A stretch of 64,000 nucleotides of DNA from the NCBI GenBank assembly GCA_964016885.1, contig OZ024752.1, positions 930,001 through 994,000 of the forward strand. The letters are read 5' to 3'. Made by a program: the position numbers and the translations under genes. Below, one piece after another: positions 32,948 to 47,493 of this stretch. Each line of letters opens with the position of its first letter. Position 1 is the first letter of the stretch. The notes under the pieces are model-generated. The model did not search any database. It had not been told where the DNA came from and saw nothing but the letters and a program-made list of their open reading frames with translations. The DNA comes from Eledone cirrhosa. Lineage: Eukaryota.

Positions 32948-33075
32948 CGAAGGAAGTGCGGTAACCAGGTGGACCATAACGCACCAGAGTACTCGATACT
33001 TAGGGTAGTAGAGTGGGTAATAGGAAAAGAGTCAGGACCCCGACGGCTGAGCTCCGGCCGTTTCGACAGCTAGAT
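32948..33075 (-). mobile_element. Family-Y PLE terminus (3' half of HHR plus tail)
   Basis: Matches 8808-8940; truncated within stem II. Confidence 0.85.
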
Positions 33076-34516
33076 TTGATCTGATTGCAAAGCGATGTCA
33101 TTAACGATTATACACATACACGCACGCCCCCCCCCACACATAAATGTCTGTGTGTGTGTGTGTGTGTGTATAATCATTAATGACTTCGCTTTGCAATCAT
33201 TAGGTCACCAGTTCGATGCCTCTGGCCTGTGTCATTCACTCTTGTCGACTCATCCCTTGTGAGTAAAATAGAATAGACGGAAACTATTTGGTAGTCGATT
33301 GAATGGACTGTACCTGTAATTCAATGAGCATGATTTGTTATCTTAAATACTGAGTCTCCCTCATCATTTCCGACCAAAGAGGGTCCTCGAAGTCGACAGA
33401 GTCGTTTGGCAGACGGCGGTTCTATTTACTTTTGATTTTATAAAAAAATAAATAAATCAAACAGCCATCCACGACATTTCTGAGGTTTCTCTCTGAGATA
33501 GCCCCACCGAAACCCGTTGATAATGGATGATACATCTGAAAATATTTGAGATTATTAAAAATTGCTAAAGTAATTTCCTATCGTCCTCACTCTTTCACTT
33601 TACTTCACTGTGTTCTTTTTTCTTCCCCTCCTACTTTCTTATTAGATTGGCAATTCTACCAAATAAGCATTGTCGGGCTTCCAAATAATCAAATGTATTT
33701 TGTATTTGTATTTTATATATATTAAATTCTTCATTAAACCGAATATCCATTTTAGTTGAAGTCTCATCTTTGTTGATGAGGGACAACAAAGTGTATGTTT
33801 CGGTTTATTAAAGTAGATTACTCTTAGTTAGTGAATGTAAACTAAATCTAGCGGCAATTGGTGTAAATATGTCACAAGAGGAATATATATTATATTGCTT
33901 TAGAATTTTAGTATTACCGTTAGTTTTTTCTATGTCTAACACATGTACGTACACACAAACACACACGTTAAAATGTTACATAAAATATTATACAAATGAA
34001 GAAAAATAAATGATATTGAGCCATCCAACCAACACATGCGTTTAACATTCTACTTCACCATACCTTTCTCCATGTTACATCTGGTATTAATTAAGAGATA
34101 ATATGAATGAATACATAAATGCATAAAGAAATAAATAACATATAGCCCTGACTGTTTGAACATCAAATGATCGGTGAATAAGATACAACAACCAATAGAG
34201 TGCACCTGCGCATTCCGAATATCTATTCTGCGAGTAACTGTATGAAATGACACGTTATCAATTTTAAACTAGAAAAAAAAAACAAAAAACAAAAAAAAAA
34301 CAATACAATGCATAAAATAAAAAGCAAGCGTTGAACTGTTTATCTTTCCCGCTCTTCCGATCTATCTGACTTCGTAAGATAACATTTTAATGAAATATAT
34401 TGCACATTTATAGATTTAACAAGAATTATTTCAAATTCAATAATAATGTGTTTAAAAAATGAAAGCAAAATGTGTGAGTACATTATATGTATATGTGTGT
34501 ATATATATATGTATGT

Positions 34517-34638
<122 letters not shown>

Positions 34639-34643
34639 GTATA

Positions 34644-34802
34644 TCCCGGGTTCAATCGGGGGTAACCACAGTAAGTAAGGTACTCAATATATAGCAGAGT
34701 ATAAATATCTAATATAGAAATGGCTTCTACAGGACTAGAACTGTTTCATTCGAAGGAATGATGAGTTTCTTCGAATGAAACAGTTCTAGTCCTGTAGAAG
34801 CC

Positions 34803-34808
<6 letters not shown>
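34644..34808. mobile_element. Family-X fold-back element
   Basis: Reverse complement of 8660-8781, with an inverted repeat at 34716-34808 that turns inside the HHR. Confidence 0.85.
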
Positions 34809-34856
<48 letters not shown>

Positions 34857-34857
34857 C

Positions 34858-35036
34858 CGAAGGAGGTGTGGACCATAACGCTCCAGAGTACTCAATACTT
34901 AGGGTAGTAGAGTGGGTAATAGGACATGTTTTAACCCCGACGGCAGAGCTGAAGCCGTTTCGACGGCTATTTCTGGACTCAGAAATAGCCGTCGAAACGG
35001 CTTGAGCTCTGCTTTCGGGGTCAAACATGTTCCTAT
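34858..35036. mobile_element. Family-Y fold-back element (subfamily 2)
   Basis: Inverted repeat at 34919-35036 centred on ttctg-gact-cagaa; the tail matches 8808-8890. Confidence 0.85.
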
Positions 35037-35039
35037 ATA

Positions 35040-35114
<75 letters not shown>

Positions 35115-35644
35115 TATATACACAGTTACATTATAAAGAGTACACACAACACTTGATGCGTAGGTAATTGCAGGTTTCTTTGGTGAAGCAGATACTACGT
35201 GGCTCGAATACCCTCCAGGAATCTGCAGTCTTGGTTTATTACAAATAACACTACTCTATATTATCCGAGATAATAGCGGATGAGACAACATTATGAAAAT
35301 ACAGGAAAATGGGGCCCAAAGGTTATAAGTTCAGCGATACCTAGGTTTTGTATACAATAAAGACTATAATACCCGATCCAAGATTTTTTTCTAACTAGTT
35401 TAATCACGACGTAGACGTATCTTTCGCTCTTTTGTATATATACACATATATAAGAAGAGTGAATTGAAGGACATTTGGTTATTAATATTCACACGACAAC
35501 CTATTTTGTACGGACATCACTGGTTGGTTCATATAGGTATATATAGTAGAGTAGAATTATATCTGAGGGAAATTTCGTTGTTATTTCTAACACGTTTATC
35601 TTCAATGCAGGGAGTATCTTCCGTTGGCTCATACACATGATATA

Positions 35645-35860
35645 TGGTATGGTCTCGTACTTTCTGATGGAGTCACAGGGGCGCCATATTGACATACAGC
35701 TTTTCTTGGGGCATTTTAAAAGCAGGCGGAGCCCATCCCTCTCCAGATCTGAATATAGCAGATTTCTTCCAGAGAAGAATAGAAATTGATATAGAGGAAA
35801 AAATCTACCCTAGTGCGAGAGTGGTATTTTCTATCGACCTCGAATGGATGAAAAGCAAAT
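35645..35860 (-). mobile_element. SINE family B fragment
   Basis: Tail homologous to 26705-26950. Confidence 0.7.
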
Positions 35861-38018
35861 TTTAACAAGAGTATTAATCATGAACTGAGATTGATTTAAT
35901 CGAATTTGTCTTTCCCAGCAAACCTTACTCCAATTTTATGTAAATGCAAGGCATTTCATACCTACATTGTAATTAAGCCGAATGTTGGAGAGCGAAATGA
36001 TTTGGTCCGTGAGTCACGTTTGTTTCTCAGTTGAAGCAGATTTAGTTTACTTAAGACATTAATATCCAGTAGACTTGCTTGTAATTCGGTAAAATATCAA
36101 TAACTAATCATTGGAAACTCTGGATTAATTATTTTCTAAACTATTTTCCTACGCCAGCAGGATTCATTTACATATCTAATTCGGCCAGTACATGGAAAGC
36201 TATGCTTCTTTGATAAGGTTAAAGTAATATCTAAAGTCTGTCTTAAGCCAGAAGGCTCGTAAGCCCGGTGCTTTTCTCGGTTTCATGGCGTGAAGCGACT
36301 GAGAGTGCATGACTTCCTCCTGGACAGGACGCCAGTCCATCTCAACGTTAAACCACCAACTATTGCTGGTACTCATTTTCAGCCAAGTATACTGGGGTCG
36401 ATTTTTCCTCTACATCTCTTTCACACTTTCTTTCTCTTATTTTCTATCCTTCTCTGGAAGAAATTTACTGTATTCAGACCTGGAGAGGAGATGGGTGCCG
36501 CCTTGTTTAAAAGTGCCCTTACAACCGAAGAAAACCTACCTTGAGAAATGGCAAGGTAAAGACTATCAAAGCCCCTTCTATCCCAGATGCACATGCAGGC
36601 TGGGTAGTCTGTAATCCCACATCATTGTTGCTAATCGCTAGCATTGATACGTACACAGAATGATGCCACTATGCTATCAAACTTGTCATGAGATAGAGCA
36701 ACACCAGATATAAAGATTGATGATGTAAATCAACTAACTATAGTATGTTGTCCTTCAATTACCATTTTACCTACGCGACAGACTGATCGATGCCGTTGGA
36801 CTGTACTTTTTTTCTACGTAGATCAAGAAAAAAATATTGTCACTGATTATTCAACACCCCACGTGATCTTAATTACTCCCAATTGGAAGCCAAATTCCCA
36901 ATGTCCGACACATCTCTTATCATATAAGAGGATTTAGACATCTAACTATGTCTATGAAACCAATGGTAATGCAGGAGAACTAAAAATATAAATACATATA
37001 TTGAATCTCCCCATAATGTGTTGATTACTCTTTTCATTCGGTGTACACTACACACACTCCATACACAGATAAAGTGTTGGATGCAGCCTTATGAGGCCTG
37101 TCACTCCTATACCAGTAATTGGTGTAGGATTTCTTGGTAATACACTGGAACTATTTGGGATTTAGTTCTCAATTGTGTGATTAGTTTTACTTTGTCTAAT
37201 GTGGTATTTATCTGGTAGGTTGGGTTGAGGTATTTGGATATATTGGCACGAGTTCGTGGGTAGCTTTAGAATCGTTTTTTTTTTGCAATCATGGTTTGAT
37301 ATATATCTGATGTGTATTTTAATCTGTTTAGCTATATATTTATTGTTCACCGCTTGCTTTCTGATTTCTCTGTAAATGTGTGTTTGAATACAACCGCATA
37401 TGAAATATATGCATATGTGATTTCTGTGAGATTGTGTGCGCGATTGTGTGTTTATGTCTGTGTTTGAGTGTGTCTGTATATTTCAATATTTATGTATCTC
37501 TATATATGACATGTAACGTTTGCTGAAATGTAGATTAAGCCTGGGTGATCTGGTTAGATATTTTCATATCCTCAAGCCATAGAAATAAATGTATTAGCGC
37601 TCTATAAAAACCGCTGAACTGAGTTTTATATTCACCATTATCTTATAAACATATATCATTACTTCTGCGCATCAGAATCTACAAATGCATTTATCACAAG
37701 AAAACTCCCGTCAGACGAATAGTAACACGTAGTATTTTCCATTTCTTGAAATAATTATGATAATGATAACATAACAAAGAAAAATATATATTGTAAAAAC
37801 AGTAAAATTATACAAAACAAAAACAATTTCCTATTTCCTTTTGGCATATTCACATTTTTCGTAGTATGACTGCATTACATTGGATATATATGGATTTAGA
37901 GAGGTGGAAATATCTATTACATACACGTCGAGGTCAATGGAAAATGGAAAATAGGGGATATGCAAGCAATCTCAATTCTATATATTTTCCGAGAATATAT
38001 ACATATATACAAACACAC

Positions 38019-38066
<48 letters not shown>

Positions 38067-38124
38067 ATAGTATAAGTACGATTCATTATGCCTTCATTAC
38101 ACACACACACGTATATATATATAT

Positions 38125-38340
38125 ATTGTTTTCTTATATAGGCACAAGGCCAGCAATTTTGTAGGAGGGGAAAGTCGATTGAATCGACCTCAGTGCGTGA
38201 CTGGTACTTTATTTTATCGACCCCGTAAGGATGAAAGGCAAAGTTAACCTCGGTGGGATTTGAACTCAGATCATAAAGGGTCGTAACTCTACGCTGCAAA
38301 GCATGGCGTCCGACCCTCTACCGATACTGCCAATCCACCA
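38125..38340 (-). mobile_element. SINE family A, long form
   Basis: Full-length copy. Confidence 0.9.
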
Positions 38341-38341
38341 A

Positions 38342-38490
<149 letters not shown>

Positions 38491-38769
38491 GTATGGGTTT
38501 ACCGAACATTTATTATAATGTTCGGTTTGTTTGTAAGCAAACAAACCGAATTGAGCCGTACAGTGTTCGGCAACCATCGTTGCCCTTTTGTCCAACACTG
38601 ACAGAGGAATGATGAACTAGTTTCTAGCTTATTACCTGTCATCAGCATCGTATACCTCCCTGTCAATCGATTGAACGTTTGAAAGTATATACTTTCCTTA
38701 TGCATATTAACGGCTGAGCAGCCTAATTTGCATATCGAGTGAGTTAGTCGGCCGGGCGTAACGGAAAGG

Positions 38770-39007
38770 ATAAATGGAAAAAATGAAATTTCATTTCTCA
38801 CTCTTAGTACGGCTGATACTTAAATATAAGTATGTACACGTACATACATATATGTATACAGACGTACAGTAGTATGTATATACATACATGCACACGTATG
38901 TATATACATACTACTTTACGTCTGTATACGTATGTACGTGTACATACTTATATTTAAGTATCAGCCGTACTAAGAGTGAGAAATGAAATTTCATTTTTTC
39001 CATTTAT
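38770..39007. repeat. Near-perfect ~115-bp-arm palindrome
   Basis: ataaatggaaaaaatgaaatttcatttctcactcttagtacggctgatac... is mirrored to 39007 and followed by (TA)n. Confidence 0.9.
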
Positions 39008-39227
39008 ATATATATATATATAAACATGAGAAGAAAGAAGAATACTGCGTGGTTGCACATAGGTTACATATGATAAAAATAGTCCTTCGTCAGTGATTTT
39101 CCAACCATCATTGGAATTTCATCGCATTAATATATATATATATTATATATATATGTGTCCAGATAAAATAAAAATGGCGTAGATATTACAATACATACAA
39201 TACAGTAGGGGGAAACGTGATAATAGT

Positions 39228-39269
39228 ACCACTGATGATGTTGCAGATGTGCAACGAAAGAACTTTGTT
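39228..39269 (+). ncRNA. Minimal HHR-like motif
   Basis: acca-CTGATGA-t-gttgca(gatg)tgcaac-GAAAG-aa-CTT-tgtt; stem I has one mismatch. Immediately upstream of (TA)n. Confidence 0.6.
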
Positions 39270-39433
39270 AGACTATATATATATATTTATATATGTATTT
39301 TTGATCGTTGATGGCCAAAGGAATTAACTATGGAGATATAAAAGGTGCAGAAGCGAAAACCAACCAAACAGTGAGTGTGTTCTGTTATTATTTCTGGCAA
39401 CATTATTACAACAATATGACCCTCCCCAAGTAC

Positions 39434-39497
<64 letters not shown>

Positions 39498-39703
39498 CAA
39501 GATGTATCAAATGAATCATCATCTTGAAGCAGACTGTCTGTCAGGCATGTAAAAATTGTAAATAACTATGAAAGTTATGAAAGACAATAAGACTTTATAT
39601 TCAGAGATGTATTGTATAAGTTACCGCATGGGTTTTGGACTATATGGTCATTTGATTAAAAAATATAGACTTTTGAAATCGGTTGATTCGTTTTGATACA
39701 ACC

Positions 39704-39975
<272 letters not shown>

Positions 39976-39976
39976 T

Positions 39977-40046
<70 letters not shown>

Positions 40047-40134
40047 GAGGTTATATTTAATTTGTTGGGATTCAACAAGCTTAAACATTTTTATAACTGG
40101 TATAAAGCACTCAACAGCTAAGTGGAGTAATTAC

Positions 40135-40432
40135 ACAATATATTAATAAATGGAAACTATATTTATAAAACCATATTTATTTTATTATACATATTTCAAG
40201 GGCAACCAAGGCAAATTATGGTGCGCTTTCATCAGATAAAATACAGATTTGTTTTATAAGCCCCAACCGTTAAGGTTGTCTTTTTTTCCGGGTATGTCAA
40301 TATTTATTTATAAAACAAATCTGTATTTTATCTGATGAAAGCGCACTATAATTTGCCTTGGTTGCCCTTGAAATATGTATAATAAAATAAATATGGTTTT
40401 ATAAATATAGTTTCCATTTATTAATATATTGT
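40135..40432. repeat. Inverted repeat, ~125-bp arms, ~48-nt spacer
   Basis: 40135-40259 is the reverse complement of 40308-40432. Contains ctgatgaaagcgcacta and abuts (TA)n. Confidence 0.9.
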
Positions 40433-40611
40433 ATATATATATATAGATATATATAAATAATTACAACAGTAACATAAACAGGTACTCAAGCTTCATTAGG
40501 TTCTGGGCTCCAGTTCAGCCTGGCATGAGAAAAATCAAAACCTCTGTATTTATACAGAGTGCCAAGTAACCGAGATTGCGTGGAGCAGTAGTCTCGGTTA
40601 CACACTCTGTA

Positions 40612-40808
40612 TTTGGTAGAAGGTCGGACGCCATGTTTTGCAGCATAGAGTTACGCCATGCTTTGCAGCATAGAGTTACGCCATTTTACGGTCTGAGTTT
40701 AAATCCCGCCGAGGTTAACTTTGCCTTTCACGCTTAGGATGTCGATAAAATAAAGCACCAGTAATGCTCTGGGGTAATTCCTGCCTTGTGCCAAAATAGA
40801 AACAATTA
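40612..40808 (+). mobile_element. SINE family A with internal 25-bp duplication
   Basis: gccatgYtttgcagcatagagttac occurs twice; core and tail present. Confidence 0.85.
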
Positions 40809-40864
40809 TTTATACGGATTTAACTTTATCATACAGTTCGACTGCCAGCGCACTTCTTAACACA

Positions 40865-40932
<68 letters not shown>

Positions 40933-41322
40933 CACACATATATACATATATTATGTGTGTGTGTGTATTGGTTTTGTAACTTTGAAGAATGTATGAGGCC
41001 ACAGTCATTTTAACCTAGCGTAACCCATCTCTCTCTGCCAGTATGTGAACTTTGATTTCTTTAAGAGAGAATGGGACAGATAGATTGATAAATAAATAGG
41101 AACAAAGTGAGAGAGAGGACACAAATTGGTACATAACTCATCTGGTAGATTATTTATCGGCCCAAAATGAAGAAACAGCGAAGTAGGCCTCGGCCGATTA
41201 TGACATTCGAGCGCGGAGAGCCAAGATGAATAAAGCAAAACAATCTATTTGACATTTTAACGATTGTGCCAATTCGACTATATCGATCTAGCTCTCCCTC
41301 CGCTGATTTGTAGGCTTCCCTG

Positions 41323-41428
41323 TCTCTGCAGACTTTATGTATATATATATATATGTATCTCAGTGTTCTACCTCTCTATATATGTATATATATATGTATT
41401 CCAGTGTTCTACCCCTCTCTCTCTCTTT

Positions 41429-41466
<38 letters not shown>

Positions 41467-41505
41467 AAAGAGAGAGAGAGAGAGAGGGGTAGAACACTGG
41501 AATAC

Positions 41506-41537
<32 letters not shown>

Positions 41538-41646
41538 ATATAAAGAGAGGGGGGGGGGGTAGAACACTGGAATACATATATATATACATATATAGAGAGG
41601 TAGAACACTGAGATACACATATATATATACATAAAGTCTGCAGAGA
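41323..41646. repeat. (TA)n-centred palindrome carrying five cagtgttctacc motifs
   Basis: tctctgcagactttatg ... cataaagtctgcagaga. Confidence 0.9.
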
Positions 41647-41807
41647 TATATATATATGTGTGTAGGTAGAAATCCGTAAGAAAATAGTGCTCAATCTGTT
41701 GCACTTATAAACTTTAAAACTGCCTCCTTCAATATACAGTGATCGCCATAATTAGATCCCGAAACCAATGGGCGCACATGCATGTTAAGTGTCTGAAACT
41801 TTGTTGA

Positions 41808-41849
<42 letters not shown>

Positions 41850-41974
41850 TAAAATCTCTACGGTTTTTATATATTTGATATATATTTATCCTTATCGAGC
41901 CCTCTTTGGATTTTAGTCTTCAAATTTATTATTATTACTATATATATATATATATATATATATCAACCATTACC

Positions 41975-42011
41975 GAGTTGAAAATCCTCTTTGGGTGAAA
42001 CGCATGTTCTC
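41975..42011 (+). ncRNA. Minimal HHR motif, U3-A8 core, homologous to 10941
   Basis: ccattaccgag-TTGAAAA-tcctctttgggt-GAAAC-gcat-GTT-ctc. Confidence 0.65.
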
Positions 42012-42730
42012 AAGTATAGTTCGGTAATTGTGGCGAAATTACCTCTTTCTCTCTGCGCCCTCTCTATATAAATTAGTATAGTTAATACGAAGCATTGTGA
42101 GATATGGACCGATAAATGATTGATAAATTTTTAGAAAGTCGTTAAAATGTGGTAGAAATATATAAAGCGCAAAGTAATGTTTTACCGAGTATATTTCGAC
42201 ATGATATTTCAGGGCTAAAACTCACTGTTCAAATGTGAAACGAAAACGGTTTGAAACAAAAACGAAGGATCATGCACACGTCATACATACATATATACGT
42301 TCATAAATATAAATATATTAGAACACTGGTTTAACCGCTTTACTTCCCTCCGAACAAGAGATATTATCTCGAAAATTAAGGACATTTAAATAAATCTAAG
42401 GTAAAAGACTAATTGTCAACAATATCTTTTGCTTTTGCATTTTTATTCTATGTCCATACCTGCATTGTTTGGCTTTAAACATTCAAACGTTTATACCTCG
42501 TTACACAATGCTTCAAGTGAACTATAACTTCCTTAAATATATATATATGTATGTGTGTATGTGTGTGTGTGTGTTTGTCTGTGTGCATATACTAGTGCCA
42601 ACTCGCTATCTATAAGATATTTGTGTTGGTCCATATAGAAGGGAGAGGGTGATAGACAGACAAACAGGTAGATAGTCAAAGAAAGTGATGAACAGGCAGA
42701 ATTGGATATATAGAAGAGAGATGAGTTGAC

Positions 42731-42762
<32 letters not shown>

Positions 42763-42810
42763 GATGTGTGTGTGTGTGCTTATGTCTGTGTGCGTGTATA
42801 TACATATACA

Positions 42811-42911
42811 CAGGGTGTGCACACAAAAATGTATACACATTTTGATTACCTGCACAGGCGATATTTATTAGAATGCTGTTGAAGTGTGTATGCATTTTTG
42901 GGGACACTCTG
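42811..42911. mobile_element. Tc1/mariner-type MITE
   Basis: TIRs cagggtgt...aaaaatgtatacaca / tgtgtatgcatttttggggacactctg|TA. Confidence 0.7.
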
Positions 42912-42975
42912 TATATATGCATGTATGTGTATGTATGTTTATATATATATATATGTATGTATATGTATGTCTATT

Positions 42976-43018
<43 letters not shown>

Positions 43019-43071
43019 ATATACATATATATATAGATATAGATATATGATTTTGCATGTTTATGTATATA

Positions 43072-43244
<173 letters not shown>

Positions 43245-43425
43245 GTCTATATATATATGTATATGTCTATATATATATGTATATATATATATATATGTAT
43301 ATGTCTATATATATATGTATATGTCTATATATATATGTATATATATATATATATATATATGTATATGTCTAAATATATATATATATATATGTATATGTCT
43401 AAATATATATATATATATATGTATA

Positions 43426-43505
<80 letters not shown>

Positions 43506-43575
43506 TATATATATATATATATATATAGACATATACATATATATATATAGACATATACATATATATATATATATA

Positions 43576-43641
<66 letters not shown>

Positions 43642-43657
43642 TATATATATATATATA

Positions 43658-43693
<36 letters not shown>

Positions 43694-43750
43694 TATATAT
43701 ATATATATATAGACATATACATATACATATATATATATATATATATAGAC

Positions 43751-43791
<41 letters not shown>

Positions 43792-43826
43792 TATATAGAG
43801 AGAGATATAGATATATGATTTTACAT

Positions 43827-43889
<63 letters not shown>

Positions 43890-44263
43890 TATATATATAT
43901 ATATACATATACATATACATACACATTGTTGGCGATGGAAAAGTTATTACCCAGTTTCTTGTAGTTCATGATAGGTTATATGATTGAAATCTAAATGAAA
44001 ATGTCAATACAATGCTTTTTAACTGTTCCAGAACTGTTTGCAACATAACAATTCTAATGGATATGTCATGAGCTAAAGGCCTTACTTACATGTACAAATA
44101 CTTACATGAAGCATAAATACATATACTCATGCATGCACATGCATCTCTACTCCCCATACAAACACACGCACGCACACATATACATATGTATATGAATATA
44201 CATGCTTTTAACTCTCTCTCTCTTTATATATAAATATATATATATATTTATATATATATATAT

Positions 44264-44329
<66 letters not shown>

Positions 44330-44331
44330 TT

Positions 44332-44366
<35 letters not shown>

Positions 44367-44523
44367 TTTATATATATATATATGTTTTTATATATATATA
44401 TATGTATGTTTTATATATATATATATATTTATGTTTTATATATATATATATATATATGTGTGTGGATGTATGTATGTATATACACACATTTAATGGTGAA
44501 CTTCAGAATATAATGTTGAACTT

Positions 44524-44587
<64 letters not shown>

Positions 44588-44590
<3 letters not shown>

Positions 44591-44702
44591 GGTGGATTGG
44601 CAGTATCAGTAATGTACTGGGTAATTGCTGGCCTTGTGCCAAAAAGGCGGTGCCCCAGCATGGCCTCAGCCGGATGGCCGGAACAGGTAAACGAGTAAAA
44701 GA

Positions 44703-44703
<1 letters not shown>
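44588..44703 (+). mobile_element. Chimeric, internally deleted SINE
   Basis: Family-A head (ggcggtggattggcagtatc) is fused directly to the A tail (agtaatgtactggg...gccaaaa), followed by a second tail ggcggtgccccagcatggcc...gtaaaagag. Confidence 0.75.
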
Positions 44704-44761
<58 letters not shown>

Positions 44762-44830
44762 GAGAAGTTCAACATTATATGTGTATATACATACATATAT
44801 ATATATACTCTGAAGTTCACCATCAGTATG

Positions 44831-44934
<104 letters not shown>

Positions 44935-45318
44935 TAACAATTCTCTCTCTCTGACACAAACACATATATATTTGATAGATCGAAAGGCAGATGTGTATGT
45001 AGAATACCGAATAAACATCACGGTGTCTATATAGGTAGCGCCTGCTGTTTAGCCTATTAAATGCTATCCCGAACTTAAGAATGGATTCTTTCTGGTCAGA
45101 CTGCTCTCAATGGGAAAACGTGCGGAATGTATTAAGATAAATATGATTGAAGTTCAAAGGTTATATGAAGCGTTTTCGCTCATATCTTTCCATTTTGCAA
45201 TGTTTATTTGATTGTACGGTGTCAACGCTGTAAATTGTACGAAGATATTTTCTTACACACCATGAGTTGTGAATATATATATATACACATACATATATAG
45301 TTGTAGGGTATACATACA

Positions 45319-45385
<67 letters not shown>

Positions 45386-45495
45386 CTGTATATGTGTGTG
45401 TGTGGTGTGTGTGTGTGCATGCGTTTCTGTGTCTGTTTATAAAAATATATATAATTTTTTGCATTTTTTGTGTATGTATGAGTGCTTTCATACGT

Positions 45496-45567
<72 letters not shown>

Positions 45568-45648
45568 ACACATACACACATATATACTCACATTTATCTA
45601 TCAATCAACCTATCTATCCTTACATATTTCTACCTAACTACTTCTCTA

Positions 45649-45773
<125 letters not shown>

Positions 45774-46329
45774 TAATTTGTGTATGTTTGTGCGTGTGTA
45801 TAGGCATAAATGTTATTATAAAAGATATCTTGGTGTTGTTTTTTACAAACAGCTAAAAACAACGGGAGTTATGTAACCATGTGTAAACCATATGAATCTT
45901 TTGTAAATTTATTTGTTTTGTATTACATGCTTGTCTGAGTACATTTTGTAGATGTATATAATAACAGTTATCTGGTAGTCGTTATTTTTCCACAAACAGC
46001 TAAAAAAACAACAAAGTCTTTCTCCTTCCTTTACTTGTCTACTTCCACCAATTTTTATAGAGCGTTCTCTTTAGCTCACACACCTATATCTCCGAAATAA
46101 ACGTCAATTAACAGAGAAAGATATTGGCCACTCTTGGGATCCCTTTCGTTCCGTTGAAGGTCACAATGCTCTGACATATTTCAGCTCGAAACATTTTATT
46201 GACACCAAATATCTTGCCTTGGCATGGGTCTCGGTTCTGCTTTATTTGGTAAAGTAAATAGTGTCTACGAGGTGCTGTGTAATCCATGTTGGTTGTAAAA
46301 CGTCTGCACATTACCTTACTTTATATCTC

Positions 46330-46640
46330 GAGGCAGTGAATTGTCAGATTTGTTAGAACGTCGGATAGAATTTTTGCGGTATTTGTTTCGGCTCACTCTA
46401 CTGTGAGTTGAAAACCCACCGAGGCCAACTTTATCTTTCATACTTTCGAGATCAATAAAAGAAGTACCAGTCCTCTATTGGGATCGATTATTCCTATATG
46501 TCTCTTTCTCGCTCTCCCTCCCTAGAAAAAATCGGCTGTGTTCAGATCTGGTGAGAGATAGATTCCGCCAGATCTAAAATGCCTAAGACACATCATATCT
46601 TACATCGGCACTCCTACGACCCCATCAGGAGTTTGGGGGT
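46330..46640 (+). mobile_element. SINE family B, diverged
   Basis: Head, core and B tail. Confidence 0.7.
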
Positions 46641-47216
46641 ACATAAATACATACATATATTTTCTCAAAATCCTGCAGTGAAGAGTGGCACCGCATCAGA
46701 TCCGACTTACTCGCCGGCAGCCTATGTTATACACAAAGTGGTGTCCCAACGACGGTATTCAGTCGCTGTGTAGATGCCCGAGTAATCATATTGTGGTGGA
46801 ACATTAAGCTAAACCTTTTCACTAAGATTCTACCTGGTATATTTCGCACGACCGACATATGTCCAATATACGCTCGTAAAAAAATGAATAATTTCAAAAC
46901 ACCTGACTGAAACATAAAGATATGGAATGTGTAGATATTGTTGGTTAACAAGAATCATTGTCGGCTTAAACGCTGCACTACACTTGTTCAACTTGAACTG
47001 AACTGATATTATGTAGGACTGCTCCGTCGGAGATTTGCCTGAAAGGTTGGCGGTGGCTATACCTTTCTTTCTGTAAGTTATGATAAAGATAAATACACAT
47101 TCAAGAAGCTATAAGTATAAGACATTCATATCCTTATAGTCTGGGAGAGTGATGCTGCCAATAGAAAAATACACGCACCAGTTGAGTTTCAGCAGTTTTA
47201 TTATGAGTCGTACCTA

Positions 47217-47493
47217 GGCGGTGGATTGGCTGAATCGGTAGAGCGTCCCAAAGCAGACTTAGGGGCCTTTACGTTATGATTTCAAATCCCGCCGAGGTTA
47301 ACTTTGTTTTTCATCTTTACAGAGTCGATAGAATAAAGTACCAGTAACACACTGTGATCGATTTAATCGACTTCCCTTTCCCCGAAATTGCTAGCCTTGT
47401 GTCTCAATCAGAAAACATTATGGGGTCGATAAAATAAAGTACCAGTAATGTACTGAGTAATTGCTGGCCTTGTGCCTAAAGTAGAAACAATTA
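47217..47493 (+). mobile_element. SINE family A long form plus tandem 3' half of the short form
   Basis: 47217-47420 full copy; 47421-47493 partial. Confidence 0.85.
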
